The translations under genes and the position numbers were made by a program. DNA of 29,945 nt from a virus (Duplodnaviria > Caudoviricetes). The stretch lies in IMG/VR virus record IMGVR_UViG_3300017903_000771, positions 1-29,945 of that record. The stretch is one strand, 5' to 3'. This document shows positions 16,850 through 26,366 of this stretch, piece by piece (the first letter of the stretch is position 1; every line of letters starts with the position of its first letter). The notes below the pieces were generated by a model. That model worked only from the letters and a program-made list of their open reading frames with translations, made no database searches and had not been told where the DNA came from.

Positions 16850-17835
16850 TGTCACACGGAAAAGACGTTACACTCACTGACCTGAATCGCCGTGAAATCG
16901 ATTTCCCAGAAAATCAGGTTAAGGAAGTTCTTCCAGAGTTCTTTCGCACAGAGTATCCGAAACTCATCACACTCCTTGACAAATACTATGAGTTTGAGGA
17001 TAGTGACCAGTCTCCTTCGCGTCTTGTAAACGAACTTTTCTATAACCGCGACATCACTCAAGTAGATGTTGACCTTCTTTCTTATATTGAAGATGAGCTT
17101 CTTTTGGGTCAGTCTTACTTCGAAGGGTTTACTGATAAAAGAGCGGCCGCGAAATACTCAAGCACATTGTATCGTTCTAAGGGAACGAAGTATTCTATCG
17201 AACAGTTCTTCAGAACATTCTTTGGTGTGGACCCCGAAGTTGTTTATACCAAAGAACAGATTTTTAACATTGGTGACTCTGGTTCACAGATTGGTTTTGA
17301 CGCACAAAGATTTCTGACAGATGATAAACTGTATCAGAAGTTTGCGATTCAGATTAAAAGTCCTCTAGACTTTAATACTTGGAGAGAACCTTACAAACTC
17401 TTCACACACCCTGCGGGTATGTTCATTGGTTCAGAAGTGTTGTTGACATCCGCTGTTGAAGATGCACTGACAACTCCAGTAGTTACGATTGCTGACCCAC
17501 CACCAATCGTTGTTTCTTCTAATACAACATTTGGTGACACTGCGATTAGTGATATTACTGGTTTGGTTGATGACCTTGGTGTTGATAGTTCTGGTATCCT
17601 AAGTAGAATTAACCTAGATATCACACTAAGTGACTTTACTTTAGCTGAGATTCAAGAGGTAAACAATCAATATGGTGACATTCGTGAAGCACAGATTTCA
17701 TCATCACCAACACTTGATGATACAAGTATCGACTTCTCAAACAACTTTGCGTTTGAGACGTTTGACCAAGAGAGACATGTCTTCTATAGTTCGGATTCCG
17801 ACCAATATTTGTTAAACTTGGGTCATCTTAGTTAA
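16849..17835 (+). CDS. Short baseplate wedge protein, gp7-like
   Basis: LPEFFRTEYPKLITLLDKYYE, LYRSKGTKYSIEQFFRTFFG and KLFTHPAGM; directly follows gp6. Confidence 0.7.
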   Translation: MSHGKDVTLTDLNRREIDFPENQVKEVLPEFFRTEYPKLITLLDKYYEFEDSDQSPSRLVNELFYNRDITQVDVDLLSYIEDELLLGQSYFEGFTDKRAAAKYSSTLYRSKGTKYSIEQFFRTFFGVDPEVVYTKEQIFNIGDSGSQIGFDAQRFLTDDKLYQKFAIQIKSPLDFNTWREPYKLFTHPAGMFIGSEVLLTSAVEDALTTPVVTIADPPPIVVSSNTTFGDTAISDITGLVDDLGVDSSGILSRINLDITLSDFTLAEIQEVNNQYGDIREAQISSSPTLDDTSIDFSNNFAFETFDQERHVFYSSDSDQYLLNLGHLS

Positions 17836-17842
17836 AAAGTCT

Positions 17843-17850
17843 TATAAATA
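17843..17850 (+). promoter_or_regulatory. T4-type late promoter
   Basis: TATAAATA, followed by AGGA RBS at 17864-17867 and ATG 17875. Confidence 0.85.
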
Positions 17851-17874
17851 GAATAAATGTTTTAGGAATGAAAA

Positions 17875-18891
17875 ATGGCAAAACAGACGATTAATAGAGG
17901 AACAGTCGCCAACGATGGGACGGGTGATACTCTACGCACTGCAGCGCAGAAGATTAATGAAAACTTCACCGAACTGTATAACAGAACAGGCGCGGATTCT
18001 GCACAGGTTTCTTTTGACTCAGACGCACTAGTATTTGAAGGTGCGACTGCGGATGACTTTGAGTTCAGAATCAAACTCGACTCTGACCCAACATCTGACA
18101 TCACAATGTTCCTCCCAGTTGCAGCTGCATCTGGCAATGACTTTGTTTTCACTGCGGGCGAACAAGAACTGTCTAATAAGACCCTGGCATCACCGATTCT
18201 AAAATCACCAGAAATCAATTCGACTGGTAACACATACCAAATTACTTTGGGTGGTGCGACACAGACCGCTGACCGTAATGTCAACTTCCCTGCAAACATT
18301 GACGCAACAGATACATTCATCCTTGCAGACCAAACACAAACTCTGACTGATAAGACGCTTACCCAACCAATGTTGACCGACCCAAAAATCGGTGGTATAG
18401 ATGGTGGTGGTCATATCCAAGATAGTAACGGCAACAAAGTTCTGGGTCTGTTGAATAACGCAAATGCGGTTAACCATGTGAGAATCACAAACAATGCAAG
18501 TGGTTCTGCCCCAGAGATTGCAACAATGTCTCATGGTTTGACTGATTCTGATGTTAACCTGAGTCTTGCAACACGAGGTAATGGTGTTGTTCATGTTGAC
18601 GCTGGGTTTGCATTCGAAGAGGAAACAATTACTGGTTCTGATTCTGCATCACTTGGTAAAACTCTTACAGTTTTCAATTCTGGTTCTGCAATCACTCCAA
18701 CTCTTTCGGACGGCACTATTGTCGGTCAACTTAAATATTTTGTAAACAAAAATGTCGGTGCAGCAACAATCACTCCTGACAACTTTGGGCCTGGTGCAAG
18801 TATCGAAATTACTAATAACGAAACCGCGACATTGATTTGGGATGGCGCAAACTGGCAAGTTCAAGCGACCTACGGTGGAACGGTGGCATAA
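17875..18891 (+). CDS. Baseplate tail-fibre connector, gp9/gp10 N-terminal family
   Basis: MAKQTINRGTVANDGTGDTLRTAAQKINENFTELY is the gp9/gp10 N-terminal motif. LSNKTL/LTDKTL fibre-like repeats follow. Confidence 0.75.
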   Translation: MAKQTINRGTVANDGTGDTLRTAAQKINENFTELYNRTGADSAQVSFDSDALVFEGATADDFEFRIKLDSDPTSDITMFLPVAAASGNDFVFTAGEQELSNKTLASPILKSPEINSTGNTYQITLGGATQTADRNVNFPANIDATDTFILADQTQTLTDKTLTQPMLTDPKIGGIDGGGHIQDSNGNKVLGLLNNANAVNHVRITNNASGSAPEIATMSHGLTDSDVNLSLATRGNGVVHVDAGFAFEEETITGSDSASLGKTLTVFNSGSAITPTLSDGTIVGQLKYFVNKNVGAATITPDNFGPGASIEITNNETATLIWDGANWQVQATYGGTVA

Positions 18892-18903
18892 TAGGTAAAT
18901 AAA

Positions 18904-20253
18904 ATGGCAACTATTACTAACAATATTAAGAAACAGGTTATCGATTCACTTCTGAATGACTTCAACCAAGACTCCAATAATTACTTTATTGGCATTGGTC
19001 GTTCAGAAGACTGGAATGATTCAGACACGACAAGAACCGTGACCAATTCTCTGTGGGAACAAAGAGGTTTCGTGAACGGACTACAATCAGTCAAGAAAGT
19101 TGCGGATACAACCTTTGTTGTTCCTCGTAATAACTGGTCATCAGGTGCTATCTATTCTGCCTATGATGATAAACAAGTCGGATATCCTACACAACCATAC
19201 TACGTCATGAATGACCAGAATGGTGTTTATATGGTTATCCAACAATCAAAAGACACAGCGGGTAACGCACAGACATCTACAGTGCAACCAACAGGTAACA
19301 CGACAGGCACACCGTTTACAACTGCCGATGGTTACGTTTGGAAGTTCTTGTATTCTATCAGTGCTGTTGACGCTAACAAATATATTGCTGCTAACTTTAT
19401 TCCTATCAAACTCGCAACTTCGGCTGACTCTGATGCTGCTGGCGTAGAACAGAAGGCTGTTCAGGACGCTGCGATTCAAGGTCAAATCGTAGGTTATGCG
19501 ATTGACTCAGGTGGCGCAGGTTATTCCTCTGCTCCAACACTGACGATTGTCGGTGACGGAACGGAAGCGAAAGCAGTCGCAACCATTTCGGGTAGTGCAG
19601 TTGTAAAAGTAGAAGTAAAAGACTCCTCTGGTCTCGCATTTGGTTCTGGTTACAATAATGCAACCGTGACGCCAAGTGGTGGTTCTCCGACCAAACCAGC
19701 ATTGATTCGTCCAATCTTTGGCCCAGATAGTGGTGGTCTTGGCGCTGATGCAAGAGATGACCTCCGTGCAAATGGTATCATGTTTACAGTGAAACCAGAT
19801 GGAACGGAAACTGGTGACTTTATTGTGGGTAACGACTTCCGTCAGGTTGCTCTGTTGAAGAACATCAAAGACAGTTCAGGTGACTCAGACTTCACTGCGG
19901 GCACAGGTATCGCACTGAAAAAACTGAAGTTCTCATCTGTTACCACTGCATTCTCTGTTGACGCGACTATCGAAGGTGCAACATCAGGTGTCAAAGCTTT
20001 GATTGATAAAGTGGACTCAAGTAACGTTTTCTATCACCAGACTGACGCAACAGGTTTCGGTAACTTCGACTCAGGTGAGACGGTTAACGAAGTGGGTGCA
20101 TCAGGTTCAGGAACACTAGATGCTGCATTTGCACCATTCGTAAAACCTGAAGTGACAGTTAAACCTAATGATGCACTATATATTGATAACCGTGCTGCGG
20201 TGACTCGTGCGAGTGACCAAAAAGAAGATATTAAAATCGTAATCCAAATCTAA
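18904..20253 (+). CDS. gp8: Baseplate wedge subunit gp8
   Basis: YFIGIGRSEDW, FVVPRNNWSSGAIYSAYDD, YYVMN, DGYVWKFLYSI, NDFRQVALLKN and YIDNRAAVTRASDQKEDIKIVIQI. Confidence 0.92.
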   Translation: MATITNNIKKQVIDSLLNDFNQDSNNYFIGIGRSEDWNDSDTTRTVTNSLWEQRGFVNGLQSVKKVADTTFVVPRNNWSSGAIYSAYDDKQVGYPTQPYYVMNDQNGVYMVIQQSKDTAGNAQTSTVQPTGNTTGTPFTTADGYVWKFLYSISAVDANKYIAANFIPIKLATSADSDAAGVEQKAVQDAAIQGQIVGYAIDSGGAGYSSAPTLTIVGDGTEAKAVATISGSAVVKVEVKDSSGLAFGSGYNNATVTPSGGSPTKPALIRPIFGPDSGGLGADARDDLRANGIMFTVKPDGTETGDFIVGNDFRQVALLKNIKDSSGDSDFTAGTGIALKKLKFSSVTTAFSVDATIEGATSGVKALIDKVDSSNVFYHQTDATGFGNFDSGETVNEVGASGSGTLDAAFAPFVKPEVTVKPNDALYIDNRAAVTRASDQKEDIKIVIQI

Positions 20254-20263
20254 GGTCTGATTC

Positions 20264-23200
20264 ATGCCTAATACATTTACAGAATCCGTTTTTAAGACAA
20301 CCTATAAGGATGACTTTGTAGATAGTGATAACTATCATCGCATCCTCTTCAACTCAGGTCGCGCATTGCAGGCTCGTGAGTTGACACAGATGCAAACAAT
20401 CATTCAAGAAGAGATTGCACGATTTGGTCGCAATATCTTCAAAGATGGTGCTTCTGTAAATCCAGGCGGCCCATCAATCAATAACGATTATGAGTTTCTG
20501 AAACTGAACACTGCGGTTAACTCACTCCCAGCAGATACATCTACGATTGTCGGAACAGAGTTTACTGGTCAGACATCAGGTGTGAAAGCTCGTGTTCTGG
20601 AAGTTGTTACAGCCAGTGGTTCTGACCCTGCAACAATCTATGTTCAGTATACCAACACGTCATCAGGAACGCCAGGCAGTAACCCAATCCGTATGGATGC
20701 GGGTGAAGACCTTTCAAACGGTTCTGTTACACTGACGGTTCAGTCAACCGATACCGCATCAAACCCTGCAACGGGTCGCGGTAGTAGAATCTCAAGTGGT
20801 CAAGGCGACTTCTTTGTTCGTGGTCACTTTGTATTTGTGAAAGAGCAAAGTCTGATTCTTTCCAAGTATACCAGAAAACCAACGAAAGTCATTGGTTTCA
20901 AGGTTACCGAAGACATCGTAACAGTATCCGATACTAACGATTTGTATGACAACCAAGGTGCAACACCTAACTTGTCATCTCCAGGCGCAGACCGTTATCG
21001 CATTACTCTCACTCTTACAACACAAGACCAGATTGACTCTGACGAGAACTTTGTCTATTACTGTGATGTTGTTGACGGTGATATTGTTGATGAGGTATCA
21101 GGCACAGAAGATTATAACAAGATTACCGAAGTTCTTGCAGAAAGAACTCGTGAAGAGTCGGGTAACTATATCGTAAGTCCTTTCACTGTAGACTTCACTG
21201 ACTCAGGGACAAATCTGATTGCATCCGTATCTGATGGTATCGCATATATCAATGGTTATCGTGGTGCATCTGAAACTCCTACAAAACTGACAATCGCAAA
21301 ACCAAGAACGACAGAAACAGTAGAAAACGAAGTTGCTGGTATTACCTATGGTTCTTACTTCCTCGCGGATAGTGCAAGTAAAATGGGTGGTTTCAACATT
21401 AATGACCAAGAAGAGATTGACTTGAAAGACGGCGCGTCTTTTGGTGGCAGCACAATCGGGACTGCAAGAGTTCGTTATATTGAAGAAGATGGTTCACAGT
21501 ATCGCATCTATATCTACGACATCAACATGAACAGTGGCAAGTCACTGCGTAATGTCAAGTCTCTTGGTAACAGTGCGACAGACCATGTTAACACTTCTCT
21601 TGAAAATGGCAAGGCTGTTCTCAAAGAGGGTGATAAGAATGCTCTCATCTATGCATTGCCAAGACCAAGACCTTCTAACATTACAGACGTAGACTTTGAA
21701 GTTCAAAGACAGTTTACAGGCACGACAAACGCAGCTGGTGATATTACAATCTCTGTTACTGCAACAGGTGAGACATTGGTTAACACAGGTCAGTGGATTG
21801 TCACGGTTGACTCTGATGGTGCAGTAAACAATACAGGTAGTTTCTCTGGTCAAGGCACACAGTCTGTCACACTGAGTGGTATGGAAGATGCGGGTAGTAG
21901 TGCTGTAACAATCTATGCAAAGGTTAACAAAGCATCACCTTCACGCCGAGTTAAAACTCTTACTACGACAAATGACACATTTGGTGTTGAGTCGGATGGT
22001 AGTGGTGTCAAGTTTATTGACCTTCATGCAACAGACATTTATGAGGTCACCACTATCGCACAAGATAGTGCAGATGGTCAAGACCTTTCTTATCTGTTCA
22101 CAGTAGACAATGGTCAACGTCCAGGCTACTATGCAAATGGTCGTTTGGTCTTGGAGACAGGTGCAACTGCTCCGACTGGTAGTGTCTATGTTGGATGGAA
22201 ACACTTCCAACACGGCGCGGGTGATTTCTTCGATGTCACATCATACACTGGTCAGGTCGATTACAACAAAATCCCTGCATTCTCAACTGGCCCACGCACA
22301 TCAGTAAATCTGCGTGATGTCATCGACTTCCGTTCTTCGGTTGACTCTGATGGTGCATTTACGGGTGGAGATGCTGCGGTCAACGAACTGCCAACCAATG
22401 GCGACATCTTCCAAGGTGATGTAACTTACTATCTCCCTCGCCGTGATAGGATTGTTATCACAACAGACGGAACTGTAAAGAACATCACAGGTGAAGCTGG
22501 TTTTGATGCTCAGTTCCCAGAAACACCAGAAAATACTTTGGGTCTGTTCCTCTTGGAACACAACGCATATGGTCTGAATGACTCTGATGTTACCCTGACA
22601 CCGCTTGAAGCAAAACGTTTCACTATGTCAGATATCAACAATCTGGAAAAACGTATTAACAAACTCGAAGAAGTTACCTCGTTGTCACTTCTTGAGGTTG
22701 ATACATCCGCTCTATTGGTTCTTGACTCATCAGGTAACCCACGCAGTAAATCAGGGTTCTTTGTAGACAACTTTGCGAGTAGAGCATTTACCGATGAACA
22801 GAATGAAGAAAACCGTTCTGCGATTGACCCATCAAGAGGTATTCTGACAGTTCAATCAGAAGATAATAATATCAACCTCGTATATGATTCAGACAAATCA
22901 TCTAACACCATATTGAAGGGTGACAATGTTTATCTGAGTTATACTGAAAGCGAAGCAATCACACAGACTAAAGTTTCTGGTTTTGAAAACGTAAACCCAT
23001 TTGCGGTTATTACGGGTGAAGGTAGTATCAAACTGTCTCCTGCATCTGATGAATGGATTCAGACAAAGTATAAACCAGCGAATGTAATCAACAAAACTGC
23101 CGAAGAAGACCTTGGTGTTATCAATGAAGGTAGACTACGCAGAGGAACTGCGAGAGACCGTGGATGGACTTGGCTTGGTCTGAACTGGGTGCCTCTTGGT

Positions 23201-25399
23201 GGATTTGGTCTAATCAATCTGAATCTGTTTGGTGGTTGGTCAGGCACAACTACTTGGAATAATAATGGTATTCGTCAAACAGATGTATCGACTAGTCGTA
23301 GAACCACAACCAGAACATTTGAACAGAGAATCGTTGTTGGTGAAAGAACTACTCGTAAAGTAACAGGCGATAGAACAATCTCATTGACTTTCCTCCCATT
23401 CATGCGTTCTCGTAAGATTATGTTCAAAGCAGAAGGTCTGCGTCCAAACACTCGTTACTTCCCATTCTTTGATGGTAAAGATGTGAGTGATTATTGTCGT
23501 GAAGAGACTTTCGAAAGATATGCTGGTTACTCTTCAACTGTGCGTTATGGTAACAGATATCGTAACTCTGCAGCACACCCACAAGGTTCAACCAATCTTG
23601 AATCTGACAATGATGGTGTAATCGAGGGTTCATTCTTCCTGCCATCAAGAACGAGTTTCAGATTCCGTGGTGGCACAAGAGAGTTCAAACTTCTCGATAT
23701 CAGTGTGGATAATGACTCTAACGCATTGTCAAGAGCTTCTGCAAACTATGTATCACAGGGAACTCTGGATACGAGACAGCAGACGATTACGTCAACTCGT
23801 ATCACTCAGGTTCGTAGACGCCGTTGGACAGAGGTTACCAGACGTGACCCACTCGCACAGACTTTCCGTGTGACCAAACCATCTGGTATGTTTGTCACGA
23901 AGGTTGATGTCTTCTTCAAGAAAAAAGACTCTACGATTCCTGTTGAAATGCAAATCCGTCCAGTTGTAAATGGTGTTCCATCTGCGACTGACATCATCTC
24001 AAATGCAATCAAGTTTCTGACACCATCAGAAGTCAGTCTGCCTGCATCACAAACACAGGCTGCGGTGACTGCTGCACCTACCACATTTGAGTTTGACGAA
24101 CCAGTGTTCCTCAATCCAAATACTGAATATGCAATCGTTCTGTTGGCAGAATCAACAGACTATGAAGCATATGTTGCAGAGACATACGCATTTGAACTGG
24201 GTTCAACAGAGAAACGTATCAACCGTCAACCTTCACTGGGTTCACTGTTCAAATCACAGAACGGTTCAACATGGACTCCAGACCAAACCAAAGACCTTGC
24301 ATTCAAAATCTATCAAGCAGATTTCGATACTGCGGGTGGTTTTGCGGTCTTTGAGAATGCTGATGTTCCTGACGAAACTCTCGTGGATAATCCATTCTTT
24401 ACAGATAGTGGTGACGCAACTGTTACCATGTTGTTCCCGAACCACGGTTACAGTGTAAATGACACGATTGAGATTGCTGGTCTTGATTCAGGAACAACAT
24501 ATAATGGTATCGATGGTGCAAGTATTGTTGGTTCAAGAACGATTACTAAAGTTGATGGTTTTGGACTTCAGTTTGAAGCTGACAGTTCATCCACATCGGC
24601 TGGTAGATTTGGTGGTGACGAGATTGTTGTAGACCAACAACTCAACTTCGATGTCGCCATTCCGAACTTCACAACTATCTTACCTGATGACACGACTATC
24701 TCATATGGTGTGAAATACATGACAGGTAGTTCACTTGCGGGTTCAGAAACTCGTTATCAGAAAGACGCTAGTTACTCTGCGGATGTGGTCATCTCAGATG
24801 AGAACAGATTCAACAATCCTAAGTTGATTGCGAAGGCTGCAAACGAAACATCAGAACTGGGTGCGGGTGAACGTTCAGTCACATTCAAGGTAGACTTGGG
24901 AACGACTCGTTCTGATGTGTCACCATTGATTGACTGTCAGAGAACATCACTGACAACAGTCTCTAATCTGATTGATAATCAGGCTGCGGCTGCTGCAACT
25001 GGATTCAACGTTCCACTTTCATATGCCGCAGAGACCAATGCGTTTGGTGGTTCTGCATTGTCGAAACACCACACCTCAGTCCAGAATCTTGAAGAAGATG
25101 CAGTTGGTCTGAAGGTTCTCCTTGCAGCGATTAGACCAAGTGGTTCTAATATCGACCTGTATTACAGAACTGCAAATGATGGTGAAAACATCTTTGATGT
25201 TGACTGGACACTTCAGGCATCAGAAACAACGGTTGCTCCAGATGAGAACAACTTCCGTGAGTATCGTTACCTGATTGGTGGAATCGGTGGTGATGTAACG
25301 TCATTCACCCAATATCAACTGAAACTTGTGTTTAGAACGAATAATCAGTCTAAACCACCTATTGTCAAAGACTTGAGAGGCATCGCACTGGCAGTATAA
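20264..25399 (+). CDS. Large virion structural protein, VrlC/DUF4815 family
   Basis: YKDDF....NYHRILF..GRALQARELTQMQTI, PGADRYRITL, LAERTREESGNY, KSGFFVDNF, DPLAQTF and GSLFKSQNGSTW; standard position after gp8 in marine T4-like phages. Confidence 0.88.
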   Translation: MPNTFTESVFKTTYKDDFVDSDNYHRILFNSGRALQARELTQMQTIIQEEIARFGRNIFKDGASVNPGGPSINNDYEFLKLNTAVNSLPADTSTIVGTEFTGQTSGVKARVLEVVTASGSDPATIYVQYTNTSSGTPGSNPIRMDAGEDLSNGSVTLTVQSTDTASNPATGRGSRISSGQGDFFVRGHFVFVKEQSLILSKYTRKPTKVIGFKVTEDIVTVSDTNDLYDNQGATPNLSSPGADRYRITLTLTTQDQIDSDENFVYYCDVVDGDIVDEVSGTEDYNKITEVLAERTREESGNYIVSPFTVDFTDSGTNLIASVSDGIAYINGYRGASETPTKLTIAKPRTTETVENEVAGITYGSYFLADSASKMGGFNINDQEEIDLKDGASFGGSTIGTARVRYIEEDGSQYRIYIYDINMNSGKSLRNVKSLGNSATDHVNTSLENGKAVLKEGDKNALIYALPRPRPSNITDVDFEVQRQFTGTTNAAGDITISVTATGETLVNTGQWIVTVDSDGAVNNTGSFSGQGTQSVTLSGMEDAGSSAVTIYAKVNKASPSRRVKTLTTTNDTFGVESDGSGVKFIDLHATDIYEVTTIAQDSADGQDLSYLFTVDNGQRPGYYANGRLVLETGATAPTGSVYVGWKHFQHGAGDFFDVTSYTGQVDYNKIPAFSTGPRTSVNLRDVIDFRSSVDSDGAFTGGDAAVNELPTNGDIFQGDVTYYLPRRDRIVITTDGTVKNITGEAGFDAQFPETPENTLGLFLLEHNAYGLNDSDVTLTPLEAKRFTMSDINNLEKRINKLEEVTSLSLLEVDTSALLVLDSSGNPRSKSGFFVDNFASRAFTDEQNEENRSAIDPSRGILTVQSEDNNINLVYDSDKSSNTILKGDNVYLSYTESEAITQTKVSGFENVNPFAVITGEGSIKLSPASDEWIQTKYKPANVINKTAEEDLGVINEGRLRRGTARDRGWTWLGLNWVPLGGFGLINLNLFGGWSGTTTWNNNGIRQTDVSTSRRTTTRTFEQRIVVGERTTRKVTGDRTISLTFLPFMRSRKIMFKAEGLRPNTRYFPFFDGKDVSDYCREETFERYAGYSSTVRYGNRYRNSAAHPQGSTNLESDNDGVIEGSFFLPSRTSFRFRGGTREFKLLDISVDNDSNALSRASANYVSQGTLDTRQQTITSTRITQVRRRRWTEVTRRDPLAQTFRVTKPSGMFVTKVDVFFKKKDSTIPVEMQIRPVVNGVPSATDIISNAIKFLTPSEVSLPASQTQAAVTAAPTTFEFDEPVFLNPNTEYAIVLLAESTDYEAYVAETYAFELGSTEKRINRQPSLGSLFKSQNGSTWTPDQTKDLAFKIYQADFDTAGGFAVFENADVPDETLVDNPFFTDSGDATVTMLFPNHGYSVNDTIEIAGLDSGTTYNGIDGASIVGSRTITKVDGFGLQFEADSSSTSAGRFGGDEIVVDQQLNFDVAIPNFTTILPDDTTISYGVKYMTGSSLAGSETRYQKDASYSADVVISDENRFNNPKLIAKAANETSELGAGERSVTFKVDLGTTRSDVSPLIDCQRTSLTTVSNLIDNQAAAAATGFNVPLSYAAETNAFGGSALSKHHTSVQNLEEDAVGLKVLLAAIRPSGSNIDLYYRTANDGENIFDVDWTLQASETTVAPDENNFREYRYLIGGIGGDVTSFTQYQLKLVFRTNNQSKPPIVKDLRGIALAV

Positions 25400-25608
25400 T
25401 GAAGAAAGAATATATTATGGTTGAGGGTAACTCCAGTCTCGCAAGAGACCCTGAGACTGGGGGTATCGTTAATATAAATAAAGAAGAGATTGCGATTGCT
25501 CGTGAGGCAAAGAAAAAGAGAAAACAAAAGGATGCGGAGTTCCAAGAATTAAAGAATGAAGTCGGTGAACTAAAAGAACTCCTTAACAAATTGGTAGAGA
25601 AACTATAA
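25399..25608 (+). CDS. Small coiled-coil hypothetical protein
   Basis: VEGNSSLARDPETGGIVNIN plus heptad C-terminus LKNEVGELKELLNKL. TAATG overlaps on both sides. Confidence 0.8.
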   Translation: MKKEYIMVEGNSSLARDPETGGIVNINKEEIAIAREAKKKRKQKDAEFQELKNEVGELKELLNKLVEKL

Positions 25609-26354
25609 TGGCTACAAATAAACCAACACAGACTTTAGTCACAGATACCTTTAATCAAATGGTAACTGATGTAAACACCATTTCTCTTGACCTTGGTGCA
25701 ACTGGTAGGTTGAACACTAACGAGGACTCTGACGCAATTGCTGCAATCAATGAGTTGGAAGTTGCGATTCGCGGAACTTCAAATAACTTGGTAGAGAGCG
25801 ACTTAACTACGGCGGGTCTGACTGCAACTGACCTGACCGCTGCTGTTGTTGAACTTGATTCTGATATTGGTGCGCGGCCGCATACCACATTGACAACGAC
25901 AGCAAAAACACTTACAGGTGCAATCAATGAACTGGACAGTGACATTGGCGCACGTCCACATACCACACTGAATACTACTGCAAAGACTTTGACGGGTGCA
26001 ATCAACGAATTGTTTGCAGACATTGCAATCGATTCCGATGGTAATAATAATCATTTGGTTGCAGACAATATCTTCGGTTCATTCGAGAAACTTGATAGTG
26101 CGTTGGGTAGTCTGGTATTCGATGCAGACATTGATGATAAAACAGACATCACAACTGCAATCAATTCTCTTTCTGTTGACCTCGCATCACTTGATTCCAG
26201 TTCAAGTCTAAATACTAACACAATCGGTAGTCTAAGATTGCTCGATTCTGATGGGTTTACTGGTGATGAAAGACTTAAAGTAGTTAACGCACTTAACGCA
26301 CTAAGGGCAGATATACCGAAAATCTTTGATGAAACTGGCACACAACTAAATTAA
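25608..26354 (+). CDS. Fibrous virion protein with AINEL/DSDIG segmented coiled-coil repeats (fibritin/neck-fibre-like)
   Basis: Repeated L.T.A..L..AINELDS.IG units. Confidence 0.65.
   Translation: MATNKPTQTLVTDTFNQMVTDVNTISLDLGATGRLNTNEDSDAIAAINELEVAIRGTSNNLVESDLTTAGLTATDLTAAVVELDSDIGARPHTTLTTTAKTLTGAINELDSDIGARPHTTLNTTAKTLTGAINELFADIAIDSDGNNNHLVADNIFGSFEKLDSALGSLVFDADIDDKTDITTAINSLSVDLASLDSSSSLNTNTIGSLRLLDSDGFTGDERLKVVNALNALRADIPKIFDETGTQLN
25851..26006 (+). repeat. Tandem 78-bp (26-aa) coding repeat
   Basis: ELDSDIGARPHTTL(T/N)TTAKTLTGAIN occurs twice, with 25/26 aa identity but many synonymous DNA differences. Confidence 0.9.
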
Positions 26355-26366
26355 GGATAGTGAAAA

